This document shows positions 38,760-48,420 of a stretch of 64,000 nucleotides of DNA, piece by piece. Made by a program: the position numbers and the translations under genes. Below the pieces are notes generated by a model. It saw only the letters and a list, made by a program, of their open reading frames with translations, ran no database searches and was not told the DNA's origin. The first letter of the stretch is position 1. Every line of letters begins with the position of its first letter. This DNA is from Octopus vulgaris (lineage: Eukaryota): positions 69,316,001 through 69,380,000 of the forward strand of contig OX597817.1 of NCBI GenBank assembly GCA_951406725.2, in the 5' to 3' direction.

Positions 38760-39825
38760 ATTATTGTATAAAGTGCTCAGGTGCACTGCAACTCATCAAA
38801 GGTGCATGTATAGTACATAGAATTATGTACAAATGTCATCAAAGTGAACAGTGTATGAGTCAGGATATACATGTGTGCATGCGTATGGAGGGATATCAGG
38901 TGTAGTGTTGACGAATTTCAGGAAGCAAGGAGGTTTTAAAGGATGCGATGTCTCGGCAGCTAACAACTGATGCAGGTAGTTTGTTTCATGCTTCAGTAAC
39001 TCTGAGTGTGAAAAAATGTTTTTGATAGTCGTGGGAGCTGTACTGTTTTCTGACTTTGTAGGCAAAACCCATGTGTGTTAGACACATGGAGCTCAAAAAG
39101 GTGTTCGAGGTGGTTGTTGGCACGATGGTTAATAATTTTGTGGGTGCTTATCAAGTCAGTTGCCAGACATTGGATCTTAAATGTATCTATGCCCAGGGAA
39201 GCAAGGTGTTCAGAGTATGGTAGATGCTTGATGGAGGGTATTCACTTGGTTGCATCTGAACAGTTTCCAGAAGGTCAATGTTCTGAGCAAGATAGGGGTT
39301 CCTGACTGGTGATGCAAATTCCCAGTGTGGCTGCACCATAGCCATATACAGCATTAGATTGCTGGAGAGTGACTGACAAAGGTCTTGATGAGTGATGCCA
39401 AGACACCCTCAGCCTTCTTGACAATTTTAGAGATGTGCTTTGTCCAGTGCAAATTGCTGCTGACAGTAATGCCCAGGTCACATTCACAAGAAGACTTCTT
39501 GATATTAGTCTTGCGGGGAGAGTATGTGGATGCTGGTTTTTTTCCTTCCAAAATGCATGATCGTACACTTGTCCACAGCCTGCTTGAGATGCCAGTCCAT
39601 GATCCATCATTGCACTGTGTCCAGGTCCAATTGCAGGAAAGATCTATAGCATTCAGGATCTGTCCTTTTTATTTCAAGGTACAGCTTGACATCATCTGCA
39701 TATTTCAGCACTGTAGCATTCTTTAAGTTGGCATCCATGTCATTAATGTATGCAACAAACAAAAGGGGACCAAGTACAGATCCCTGTGGTACATCAGAGG
39801 ACATCTCATAGGGTGAAGAATGCGG
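38760..39825 (-). pseudogene. 5'-truncated CR1/L2/Jockey-group LINE RT fragment
   Basis: VPQGSVLGPLLFVAYINDM...KYADDVKLY...LQLDLD, then ECDLGITVSSNLHWTKHISKIVKKA; frameshifted. Confidence 0.85.
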
Positions 39826-40504
39826 TCATTATTCATTATTTATAGACGAAAGATAATTTTTAAACATATATTTAAAAAGCAAATACATTTAAAGGTCTAT
39901 AACAGACTAACACACTACAAAAACAAATCCATTTATTTTTCTGATATTGTTTGTATTCTTGTCATTCCAGTTTATTATATGTAAATATATATATACACAT
40001 TTGCACATCAATGATTTCAGATTTCAGTCAATATACATATACACACATAAACACACATACATATATATATAAACATACAAGAGCATGCCCTCAAATTCTT
40101 AGCGATCTCCAGCTACGCAGAAAAACATTACAGTCATCTCAGTGTAAAGACATTGATTACATCTCAGATGAATTAATTGATAAAATATTGATTTATTGAT
40201 ATGCTTATTTGACACATTAAATTGTCTCCTGGTCACAGGAAAATTTTCATGATTTTGTTCGGATTTTTTGGGGGGTGCTTTTTAAGAATTTTGAACTGAG
40301 ATACTTTTTAAATGGTTCACAACATTGAATCTTTCTCAAGCACATCAATAACATATTTGCCAACACACACACGCACACACAAACATACACACACACACAC
40401 GTGTATGCTCTTTCCTCTTTCCACTTTTCTGATAAAAATTTCTCAACATAAAATGAGGGAAAAAACTTTAAAATGATTCTCTCCCTTTAAGTATGCACAT
40501 TCAC

Positions 40505-40566
<62 letters not shown>

Positions 40567-41817
40567 TCTCTCTCTCTCTCTCTTTCTCTCTCTGCCATTA
40601 TGTAGCAGCCTCCAGTGAATAGAACACATATACACTTCATGAAGAACTGTTTGAAAAGTTGTCTGATGAAAAGTCATTTTGTGAAGAATTTTTTAATGAA
40701 CAGTAGTGTGATGAAAAGACTCTACATGAAAAGTTTGATCAGAAAAGCTGCACAAAAGTTTAGAAGGAATGTTGCAGTGAATGAGATTTGATGTCTCACC
40801 AAGAAAAAAAACAACATCCTGACACAACAAACAAATGACTAAGGATCATTGCAACTGGAAATCATGCTGTTAATAATCAAATGATTAATTATCTCCAACC
40901 TGTAACACATAACTTACAAAACCGGTACAGGTAGAAAAATTTTGAAGTTCTTTTAGTTTCTTTTTCCTTCCTTTAATTAAAACTAGAAGTTCTAATCTAT
41001 TTTCCAATTTAAAATTATTCAGCAAAATAATAAATATATTTTTACGACATTATTCTACAAAAAGTCATGACAATGAAGAATTTGATGAAATATTGTTCTC
41101 TGGTTCCATCCTACTAAGAAGCTAACTTAATTTATTAACTTGCCTGTACTATATCTTAGCAGTGTCATGGACTTGTATAAACTTGGCAACTAGAATCATG
41201 TTGAAAGATAAAAAAGAAAACTATAGCAGTAGTACAAGATCCATTAAATGCACTTGGCTTCACTTAGTCATTATACATCATTTATAGATGAAAGATAATT
41301 TTTACCCACATATTTAAAAAGTAAATACATTTAGAGATTTGTAATAGACTAACAAACTACAAAAAAAATCCATTTATTTTTCTTATTGTGTTTGTCTACT
41401 TGCTATTCCAGTTTATTATATGTAAACATATATATACACACATTAACACATCAATGATTTCAGATTTCAGTCAACATTCACATACATATATACATGCACA
41501 CATATAAACATGCACACACACACACACATACACACACACATATACATGCATACATGAGCATGCCTTCAAATTCTTAGCGATCTCCAGCTAAGCAGAAAAA
41601 CATTACAGTCATCTGAGTGTAAAGACATTGATTAAATCTCAGTTGGATTAATTGATAAAATATTGATTTATTGATATGCTTATTTGACACATTAAATTGT
41701 CTCCTAGTCACAGGAAAATTTTCATGATTTTGTTTACTTTTTTTTTATGCATTTTAAGAATTTTCAACTGAGATACTTTTTAAATGGTTCACAACGTTGA
41801 ATCTCTCTCACACATCA
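39825..41817. repeat. Dispersed direct duplication (~530 bp): 39825-40348 and 41266-41817
   Basis: GTCATTAT...GAAAGATAATTTT...CAAATTCTTAGCGATCTCCAGCTA...AATGGTTCACAAC occurs twice with scattered substitutions. Confidence 0.9.
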
Positions 41818-42487
41818 ACTAGGAAAGCACTCAGAGAGCACAGACCTCCTCCAAGGAGCTCATTTCTACCCATATACACGCATGCTGAAAATCGCCCAAT
41901 TTTCCAAACCAACGCCGCCAAAAACTTGGCGGGGTTTAAAAAAAAAAATAACACAGCCATATGATTTTTTTAAAAAAAAACCTTCAAAAACAAGAATCAT
42001 CTGAAGCAGTTATAATACATCAATGACAACAGCAATCTAGTTTCACAGTGGCGGTGGAGGGAGCAAAGCCTGAGCTTTTTGAGTCAATCCCAATAGTCAA
42101 GGCTTGTCATGTAATCCTCCGCAGACCTCCGCCAAGCAGCTCATTTTAAGATAGATACGTGAGTAAAATTACTAATAAGGAAACTAAAATAAAATTTGGA
42201 AACAGCAACTCCACCATAGGTTATGTGGAAACGATAAACGTGTTTTCAAGGGACATAATCAAAGAACGTAACATTGTAATACTTTATGTAAAGTAAATAT
42301 AACAATTGAAAAATCCTTCAAGAATCCATAAAAATTTCATCATCTGTTCCTTGTGTCATTACCAACTTTTCCTGCAAGTTTCATCAAATACCTTTCATAA
42401 CTTTTTGAGTTATTTTGCACACAGTCGGACAGACAAACAAACCAACACCAATGAAAACATAATCTCCTTCCTTGGCAGAAGTAAATA
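41816..42487. mobile_element. Helentron-associated non-autonomous element (HINE/DINE-1-like)
   Basis: AACTAGGAAAGCACTCAGAGAG start; sub-terminal CCTCCKCCAAG motifs at about 41846 and 42126; (ACAG/ACAA)n tetranucleotides; inverted CCTTGGCAGAAGTAA at the end. Family assignment is from recalled architecture. Confidence 0.6.
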
Positions 42488-42844
42488 ACCAATTTACCAA
42501 CACACACACACACACACACACACACAGATTTTGTCAGGAAGTAGTCTGTACATGGTTGCTTGCTCTGCTAGGATCAGCACCCAAACGTCTCAAATCACAC
42601 CATAAGGAAATATTAGACCAGGACAGTGGATTTCAATCAAAATGTCAGACTCTAATGTATCAGAGGTAGAAGTTAGAGGTTTTGCAAAATATCCTTAAGA
42701 AACCTCACAACACCTCTTTCGGAATTCTTCTGACCCAGCACAAAACAGTTACACCATAGCTATTGGCATTACCATTATATTTCAAGTAAGAGCTCCAAAA
42801 CAGAAGTGACCTTGAATATGACATCAGTAGAGAGCAATGTATTA

Positions 42845-43690
42845 CAGGTGATGGTGATTATGGCAGCAATGGTAGTGGCGGGGACACCAACAGCGGTGGC
42901 AGTCACAGAGATGATAGTGGTGACAGGGGTGGTAATGGCGCCGACAGTGGCGGTGGTTGTAATAGTGAGATTGTAGAGGCGGTAGAGATGATGGTAGTGG
43001 TGACGGTGGTGGTGTTGGTGACAGTGGTGCTAGTGATAATGGTGGTGGCGTTGGTGGTGGTAGCAGAGGTGATGCCAATGGTAGTGATAGTGATGGTAGT
43101 GATGGTGGTGGTAGTAATAGTAGCTGTAGCAGAGGTGGAGCCGCTAGTAGTGACGTAGTGGCGGTGGTGGTGGAAGCAAAAGCAGTGTAGTGATAGTGGT
43201 GGTGGTAGTAATAGTGACAATAGTGGTGGTGGTGGTGATTGTGATGGTAGCAGAAGCATTGGTTGTGGTAGTAGTAGTTGTAGTGGTAGTGGTGGTAGTG
43301 ACAGCAGTGGTGGTGGTGGTGGCAACAGCAGTGGTGGTAGCAGAAGCAGTACTGGTGGTAGTGACAGCAGAGTTGGTGGTAATGATGGTGGTGGTGGTGG
43401 TAGTGGTGCTGATAACAGCAGAGGTGGCACCTGCAACATCAGCAGTGGCGCCGGTGGCAGTGGCACCAATTAATCAATGCAACAATTGGTAGTGTGGGCG
43501 ACACTGAGCTGGTTAAGTTCATAGCGGCAGCATATCAGTTCTGTGATATCACGACACCCAAGGGAAGCCTTCGAGTTGAAATAATGCTAGACTTTTACAT
43601 AAGAATGGTACAAGTGATGCCTGGGTGTGTTTTAGCAGTGGAATGGCAGACACTTTATGATATAGCAGTGGAAGTGATGATGGTGGTGGA
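42845..43690. repeat. (GGT/AGT/AGC)n low-complexity trinucleotide tract
   Basis: G-rich degenerate trinucleotide repeats; they yield Pro/Leu-rich or Val-rich pseudo-ORFs. Confidence 0.85.
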
Positions 43691-43917
43691 TAGAGAGATA
43701 ATGCTTTAGCTACCTTGTTGCAAACATTATATCTATTAAGAATTACTTGTATTCTTCCCTTAATGGCAGCAACATATTTTCCATTAAGCTTAATTGTGAC
43801 ACTCAGTATTCCTTGGTGATACTTGTGTGTGTGCTTGTGTGTGTGTGTGTGTGTGTGTGTGTGCACGCGTGTGTGTGTGTAATTATGTGTTGATATTTAT
43901 ATATATAAATGCAGAAG

Positions 43918-43948
<31 letters not shown>

Positions 43949-44055
43949 ATGTGTGTATATAAACAAGTGTATGTATATGTATACATTCATGTGTAAACAT
44001 GTATATATTTATGTGCATACACATGTATATTTTTATCTGTATGTGTGTGTGCATG

Positions 44056-44094
<39 letters not shown>

Positions 44095-44365
44095 TCATCA
44101 TCATCATCATCATCGTTTAACGTCCGCTTTCCGCGCTAGCACGGGTTGGACGGTTTGACCGGGTCTGGGAAGCCAGGGGCCGCTCCAGGCTCCAGTCTGA
44201 ATCTGGCAGAGTTTCTACGGCTGGATGCCCTTCCTAACGCCAACCACTCCGTGAGTGGATTGGGTGCTTTTTACGTGCCACCTGCACAGGGGCCGGAGGG
44301 TCCGGCATCGTCACGATCGGATTCGAGCATTTTAACGTGTCAGCGGCACGGGGGCAACGAGGTCC

Positions 44366-44503
44366 GGGGTACTTTGGGGATCGGGGTATTTTGGGGATCC
44401 AGGGTACTTTGGGGATCCGGGGTACTTTGGGGATCCGGGGTACTTAGAATGGGTAGGGGGTACTTAGAATGGGTAGGGGGGTACTTAGAATGGGTAGGGG
44501 GTA
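44366..44503. repeat. G-rich ~19-21-bp tandem repeats at the LINE ORF end / 3' UTR
   Basis: GGGGTACTTTGGGGATCC about 4 times, then GGGGTACTTAGAATGGGTA 3 times; the ORF reads through as PLPILST repeats. Confidence 0.9.
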
Positions 44504-47500
44504 TGTGGAATTGCTGCAGAAAGCAGCCCGGGTCTTTGTAGTCACAGCATATCTCCAGAGATCTCGGTCCTTCGCCATTGCCTCAGTGAGGCCCAATGCT
44601 CTGAGGTCATGCTTGACCACCTCATCCCATGTCTTCCTGGGTCTACCTCTCCCCCTGATACCTTCAACTGTTTGGGAGTGGCACTTCTTCACACATCTCT
44701 CTTCATCCATCCGCAGCACATGACCATACCATCGCAAGCGTCGCTCTTGCACACCACATCTGATGCTTCTTATATCCAGCATTTCTCTCAGGATACTTAC
44801 ACTCTGTTTTGCGTGCACACTGACACTACACATCCAGCGGATCATGCTAGCTTCATTTCTTTCAAGTCTACGCATGTCTTCTGCAGTCACAGCCCATGTT
44901 TCATTACCGTGAAGCATGGCAGTTCGCACACATGCATCATATAATCTACCTTTTGCTCTGAGGGAGAGGCCTTTTGTTGCCAGTAGGGGTAGGAGCTTTC
45001 TGAACTTTGCCCAGGCTATTCGTATTCTAGTGGTGATACTCTCTGTGCATCCACCTCCGCTACTAACTTGGTCTCCCAGGTAGCGGAAACTATCAACTAC
45101 TTCTAGTTTCTCTCCCTGGAGTGTGATGGAATCTGTTTTCTGAGTGTCTGTTGTGTCTATTGTCCCTGTGCATCTGCCGCACATGAAAGCTATCTTATCT
45201 GTTAATTTCCCTTTAATGTTGCTGCACCTCTTATGTGTCCATAACTTACATTGGGTGCATCTTATGGAGTTTCTACCTGTACCTTTCCTACAGGTTGAGC
45301 AGGGCCACCTACCCGAGGGGATGTGTGTTGAGTACCTCTTGCTGCTTACTAATACTTTGGTCTTTGCTACATTTATTCTAAGGCCCTTTGATTCCAACCC
45401 TTGCTTCCATACCCGAAATTTCTCTTCTAGTTCCGGTAGTGATTCTGCTATGAGAGCTAGGTCATCGGCATAGAGGAGCTCCCAGGGGCATCCCGTTTTG
45501 AATTCCTCTGTTATTGCTTGAAGGACTATGATGAACAAAAGGGGACTGAGGGCTGAGCCCTGGTGCACACCTACTTCTACTCGGAATTCTTCACTATATT
45601 CGTTGCCAATCCTAACCTTGCTAACAGCCTCTCTGTATAGAGCCTGTACAGCCCTTATTAGCCATTCTTCAATCTCCAGTTTCCGCATCGACCACCAGAT
45701 AAGGGAACGGGGAACCCTGTCAAAGGCTTTCTCCAAGTCTACAAAAGCTATGTAGAGGGGTTTATCTTTAGCTAGGTACTTCTCCTGCAGTTGTCGGACC
45801 AGGAATATAGCATCAGTGGTGCTTCTACCTGGTACAAAACCGAACTGCATTTCATCTAAACAAATTCTCTCCCTAATGAGATTGGTTATGACCTTCTCTG
45901 AGACCTTCATCACCTGGTCCAACAGTTTGATACCTCTGTAGTTATTTCTATCTAGAGCATCACCCTTACCCTTGTAGCAGTTGACTATGGTACTGCTGCA
46001 CCAGTCATTGGGTATGGCTCCATTGTGAACTACCTGGTTTACAATGCGGGTGACTATGGCATGGCCCACATAGCCAGCTGTTTTAAGCATCTCAGCAGTG
46101 ATTCCTGATAGGCCAGGGGCTTTGCCTGGTTTCATATCCTTAATTGCCTTATCTACAAGGGAGCTGTCTATTCGGGTAGCTGGTCCCTCTACTGGGTCAA
46201 CATTTGGCAGGCTCTCCTCCTCCCATTCATTCTCCTCATTTAGCAGTCTTTCATAATGGCTTCTCCAAGCCTCTTTCTTTTCACTAGTAGTAAAAGCAAG
46301 TGCCCCATCATCCATGCGGACACATTTCTCTCCTATAACATCGCTATTTTCTCTGACACACTGTCTGGCAATCCGAAATACTTCAGCTCTTTGATCCTCG
46401 CGACGCTGGACATTGGCAAACTTCTTCTTTTCTGCTACATCTTTGGCAATGTATACCTGCCGCCCAGCCTCCCTTTTGGCTATCTGGTACAGTTCCCTGC
46501 TGCCCCCATCCTTCCAGGCTTTCCAGGCCCGTCTCTTTTCACAGATGGCTTTATCTACTGCACTATTCCACCACCACGTAATTCTAGGTCTGGAAGGGAC
46601 TTTGCACCATCCACAAACTTGGTCTGTGGCACTCAACAAGCTGTCCCGTAGGAATTCCCAGCTACCTTCTATGTCTGACGTCTGAAGCTCCTCTTCCCTC
46701 TCATCAAATTTCTTGATGAGTATGTCCCTAAATTTCTGACCATGCGAAGGGTTCTTTAGCCTCCAAATCCTTCTTTTCTGGATTGGTTTGTTTCTTGGAG
46801 TCCTTCTGGCCTCAAGCTTAAAGTCACTGATGATTAGTCTATGCTGAGGGATACATTCTTCACCCGGGAGGGTCTTTGTATTCAAGAGCAACCCTGCATC
46901 CCGTTGTCTGGTGAGGATGAAGTCTATTTGGCTAGCGGAGTCTCCTGACTGATAAGTTATAAGGTGGCAGACTGGCTTCTTGAAGTTAGTGTTGCAGATT
47001 GAAAGGTTACATGCATCACAGAATTCCAGTAGTCTAGTTCCCTCATCATTTCTGGTGCCAATACCATATCCACCATGTACCCCAGTGAAGATACCCGATT
47101 CCCGCCCAACATGCCCGTTAAAATCTCCACCTACAAAGATGAGGTCCTTGTTACTAGTCTTTGAAGTAGCCTGCAGAAGGGTATCATAAAAGTTGTCCTT
47201 CTGATCATTTGGTAGTCCCGCTTGTGGGGCATAGGCTGAGATAATCATAGCTGTGCCACTCTGTAGGACCAACCTGAGCTTAAGCACTCTATCACAAACC
47301 CTGACAACCTCTATGACCTTATCCACCCATTCCTCCGCAAGGAGAATGCCTACACCCCCTACACCTTCCGCGTTACCTTGCCAGTAGAGTTTGTATCTAA
47401 GTGCCTTGCCCGTGAGGACCCTAGCCGAAGCATCTCTCCATCTTACCTCTTGTATGCAGCATACATCAACCTGTCTTCTCTCTAGCATCTCTACAATCTC

Positions 47501-47701
47501 ACTAGACTTGCCTGTCAATGTACCAACATTGATAGTGCCAACTCTGAAAACTGGGAAGGAGATGTGGGGGGGACAGGGGGGATTCGGCGCCTGAGAAGAG
47601 GAGGGTTGTAGTGGTGGTGATAGTTTTCGTGGTATTTTTCTTTTGATCTCTCTTCCAACCTGACCACGCCGTGGGCAGGAGCTGGTGTTAGCAGTGGACA
47701 T
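44444..47701 (-). CDS. RTE LINE polyprotein: APE endonuclease + reverse transcriptase with inserted PHD-type zinc finger
   Basis: EN motifs GTINVGT, IQEVRW, SAYAPQ, GDFNGH, IDFIL, QHR. RT motifs KAPG, NYRGIKLL, QFGF, FVDLEKAFD, GVHQGSALSP, LYADD, FRYLG. C4HC3 finger CSTC..CTQC.LWTH..C..CGRC. RTE-type C-terminus LRWYGHV..RGRGRPRKTW. 1085 aa, ATG start. Confidence 0.96.
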   Translation of the reverse strand: MSTANTSSCPRRGQVGREIKRKIPRKLSPPLQPSSSQAPNPPCPPHISFPVFRVGTINVGTLTGKSSEIVEMLERRQVDVCCIQEVRWRDASARVLTGKALRYKLYWQGNAEGVGGVGILLAEEWVDKVIEVVRVCDRVLKLRLVLQSGTAMIISAYAPQAGLPNDQKDNFYDTLLQATSKTSNKDLIFVGGDFNGHVGRESGIFTGVHGGYGIGTRNDEGTRLLEFCDACNLSICNTNFKKPVCHLITYQSGDSASQIDFILTRQRDAGLLLNTKTLPGEECIPQHRLIISDFKLEARRTPRNKPIQKRRIWRLKNPSHGQKFRDILIKKFDEREEELQTSDIEGSWEFLRDSLLSATDQVCGWCKVPSRPRITWWWNSAVDKAICEKRRAWKAWKDGGSRELYQIAKREAGRQVYIAKDVAEKKKFANVQRREDQRAEVFRIARQCVRENSDVIGEKCVRMDDGALAFTTSEKKEAWRSHYERLLNEENEWEEESLPNVDPVEGPATRIDSSLVDKAIKDMKPGKAPGLSGITAEMLKTAGYVGHAIVTRIVNQVVHNGAIPNDWCSSTIVNCYKGKGDALDRNNYRGIKLLDQVMKVSEKVITNLIRERICLDEMQFGFVPGRSTTDAIFLVRQLQEKYLAKDKPLYIAFVDLEKAFDRVPRSLIWWSMRKLEIEEWLIRAVQALYREAVSKVRIGNEYSEEFRVEVGVHQGSALSPLLFIIVLQAITEEFKTGCPWELLYADDLALIAESLPELEEKFRVWKQGLESKGLRINVAKTKVLVSSKRYSTHIPSGRWPCSTCRKGTGRNSIRCTQCKLWTHKRCSNIKGKLTDKIAFMCGRCTGTIDTTDTQKTDSITLQGEKLEVVDSFRYLGDQVSSGGGCTESITTRIRIAWAKFRKLLPLLATKGLSLRAKGRLYDACVRTAMLHGNETWAVTAEDMRRLERNEASMIRWMCSVSVHAKQSVSILREMLDIRSIRCGVQERRLRWYGHVLRMDEERCVKKCHSQTVEGIRGRGRPRKTWDEVVKHDLRALGLTEAMAKDRDLWRYAVTTKTRAAFCSNSTYPLPILSTPLPILSTPYPF

Positions 47702-47888
47702 TTGTTATCGTCACTGAGTAACGTAATTAGGTAGAGGAAAGAAATACAGATATTCTAGAGTTGAGTTGGGGAGGTCCAGTTGAGGCGGGTAATATAGGGG
47801 AGCAACCAGTGGGGAAGGTTGGGGTAAGGAGGAACGATGGCAGGAAGGGTTGGTGTAGGTTCCTAAGAAATAAAAACGTAGGATATTA

Positions 47889-48420
47889 CGAGGCGGGAGG
47901 GTACTAAAGGGGATGGTCGGATTGATGAGGCGGGAGGGTACTAAAAGGGGATGGTCGGATTGAGGCAGTGTCAGGAGGAAGCGTAAGATCGGTGGGCAGT
48001 TGATGAGCTATGGCGCTAGCAGCTTGTCTTAAGCATATGAGGAGAAGGTACTAAAAGGGGATGGTCGGATTGACGAGGCGGGAGGGTACTAAAAGGGGAT
48101 GGTCGGATTGAGGCAGTGTCAGGAGGAAGCGTAAGATCGGTGGGCAGTTGATGAGCTATGGCGCTAGCAGCTTGTCTTAAGCATATGAGGAGAAGTGGTA
48201 GTGGGGGAGGAGGAGGGAGTAGGGCGTACCCAGTGTAGATGAGTAAGGTGTATCCGGTGTAGATGGAGAGAACGGGGTATACTGGTATTGGTGGGGGGTG
48301 GGGGTGAGAACAGTGTTCAACGGTATTGGTGGTGGGGGTGAGAACAGTGTTCAACGGTATTGGTGGTGGGGGTGAGAACAGTGTTCAACGGTATTGGTGG
48401 TGGGGGTGGGGGGCGGGGGC
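47889..48420. repeat. Nested tandem duplications in the LINE 5' UTR (~37-bp, 148-bp and 34-bp periods)
   Basis: GAGGCGGGAGGGTACTAAAAGGGGATGGTCGGATTGA repeats; a 148-bp-period block (47938 vs 48086); CGGTATTGGTGGTGGGGGTGAGAACAGTGTTCAA at 48321 and 48355, with a partial third copy from 48389. Confidence 0.9.

Larger units (their letters stand above)
37565..40792. mobile_element. Foldback-like element: inverted arrays of a degenerate ~15-bp unit, interrupted by later insertions
   Basis: AAACWACTTTTCATC-like units at 37565-37760 and 38162-38330; reverse-complement GATGAAAAG...TTT units at 38590-38700 and 40638-40792. Confidence 0.55.
44091..48420 (-). mobile_element. Full-length, potentially active RTE-clade non-LTR retrotransposon
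   Basis: Single uninterrupted EN-RT ORF, ~720-bp repeat-rich 5' UTR, 3' UTR ending GGAAAGCGGACGTTAAAC(GAT)n next to (TA)n; CpGs retained. Confidence 0.93.

Noticed and set aside
42842-43492. Pro/Leu-rich 188-aa and Val-rich ORFs
   Set aside because: A trinucleotide low-complexity tract open in several frames, without splice or domain support.
121-44120. Numerous [12 protein letters not shown] ORFs and SINE-derived ORFs in the track
   Set aside because: They are translations of microsatellites and SINEs, with no coding signal.
48016-48354. 112-aa upstream ORF as LINE ORF1
   Set aside because: Non-ATG start, made of 5' UTR repeats, low complexity, no domain.
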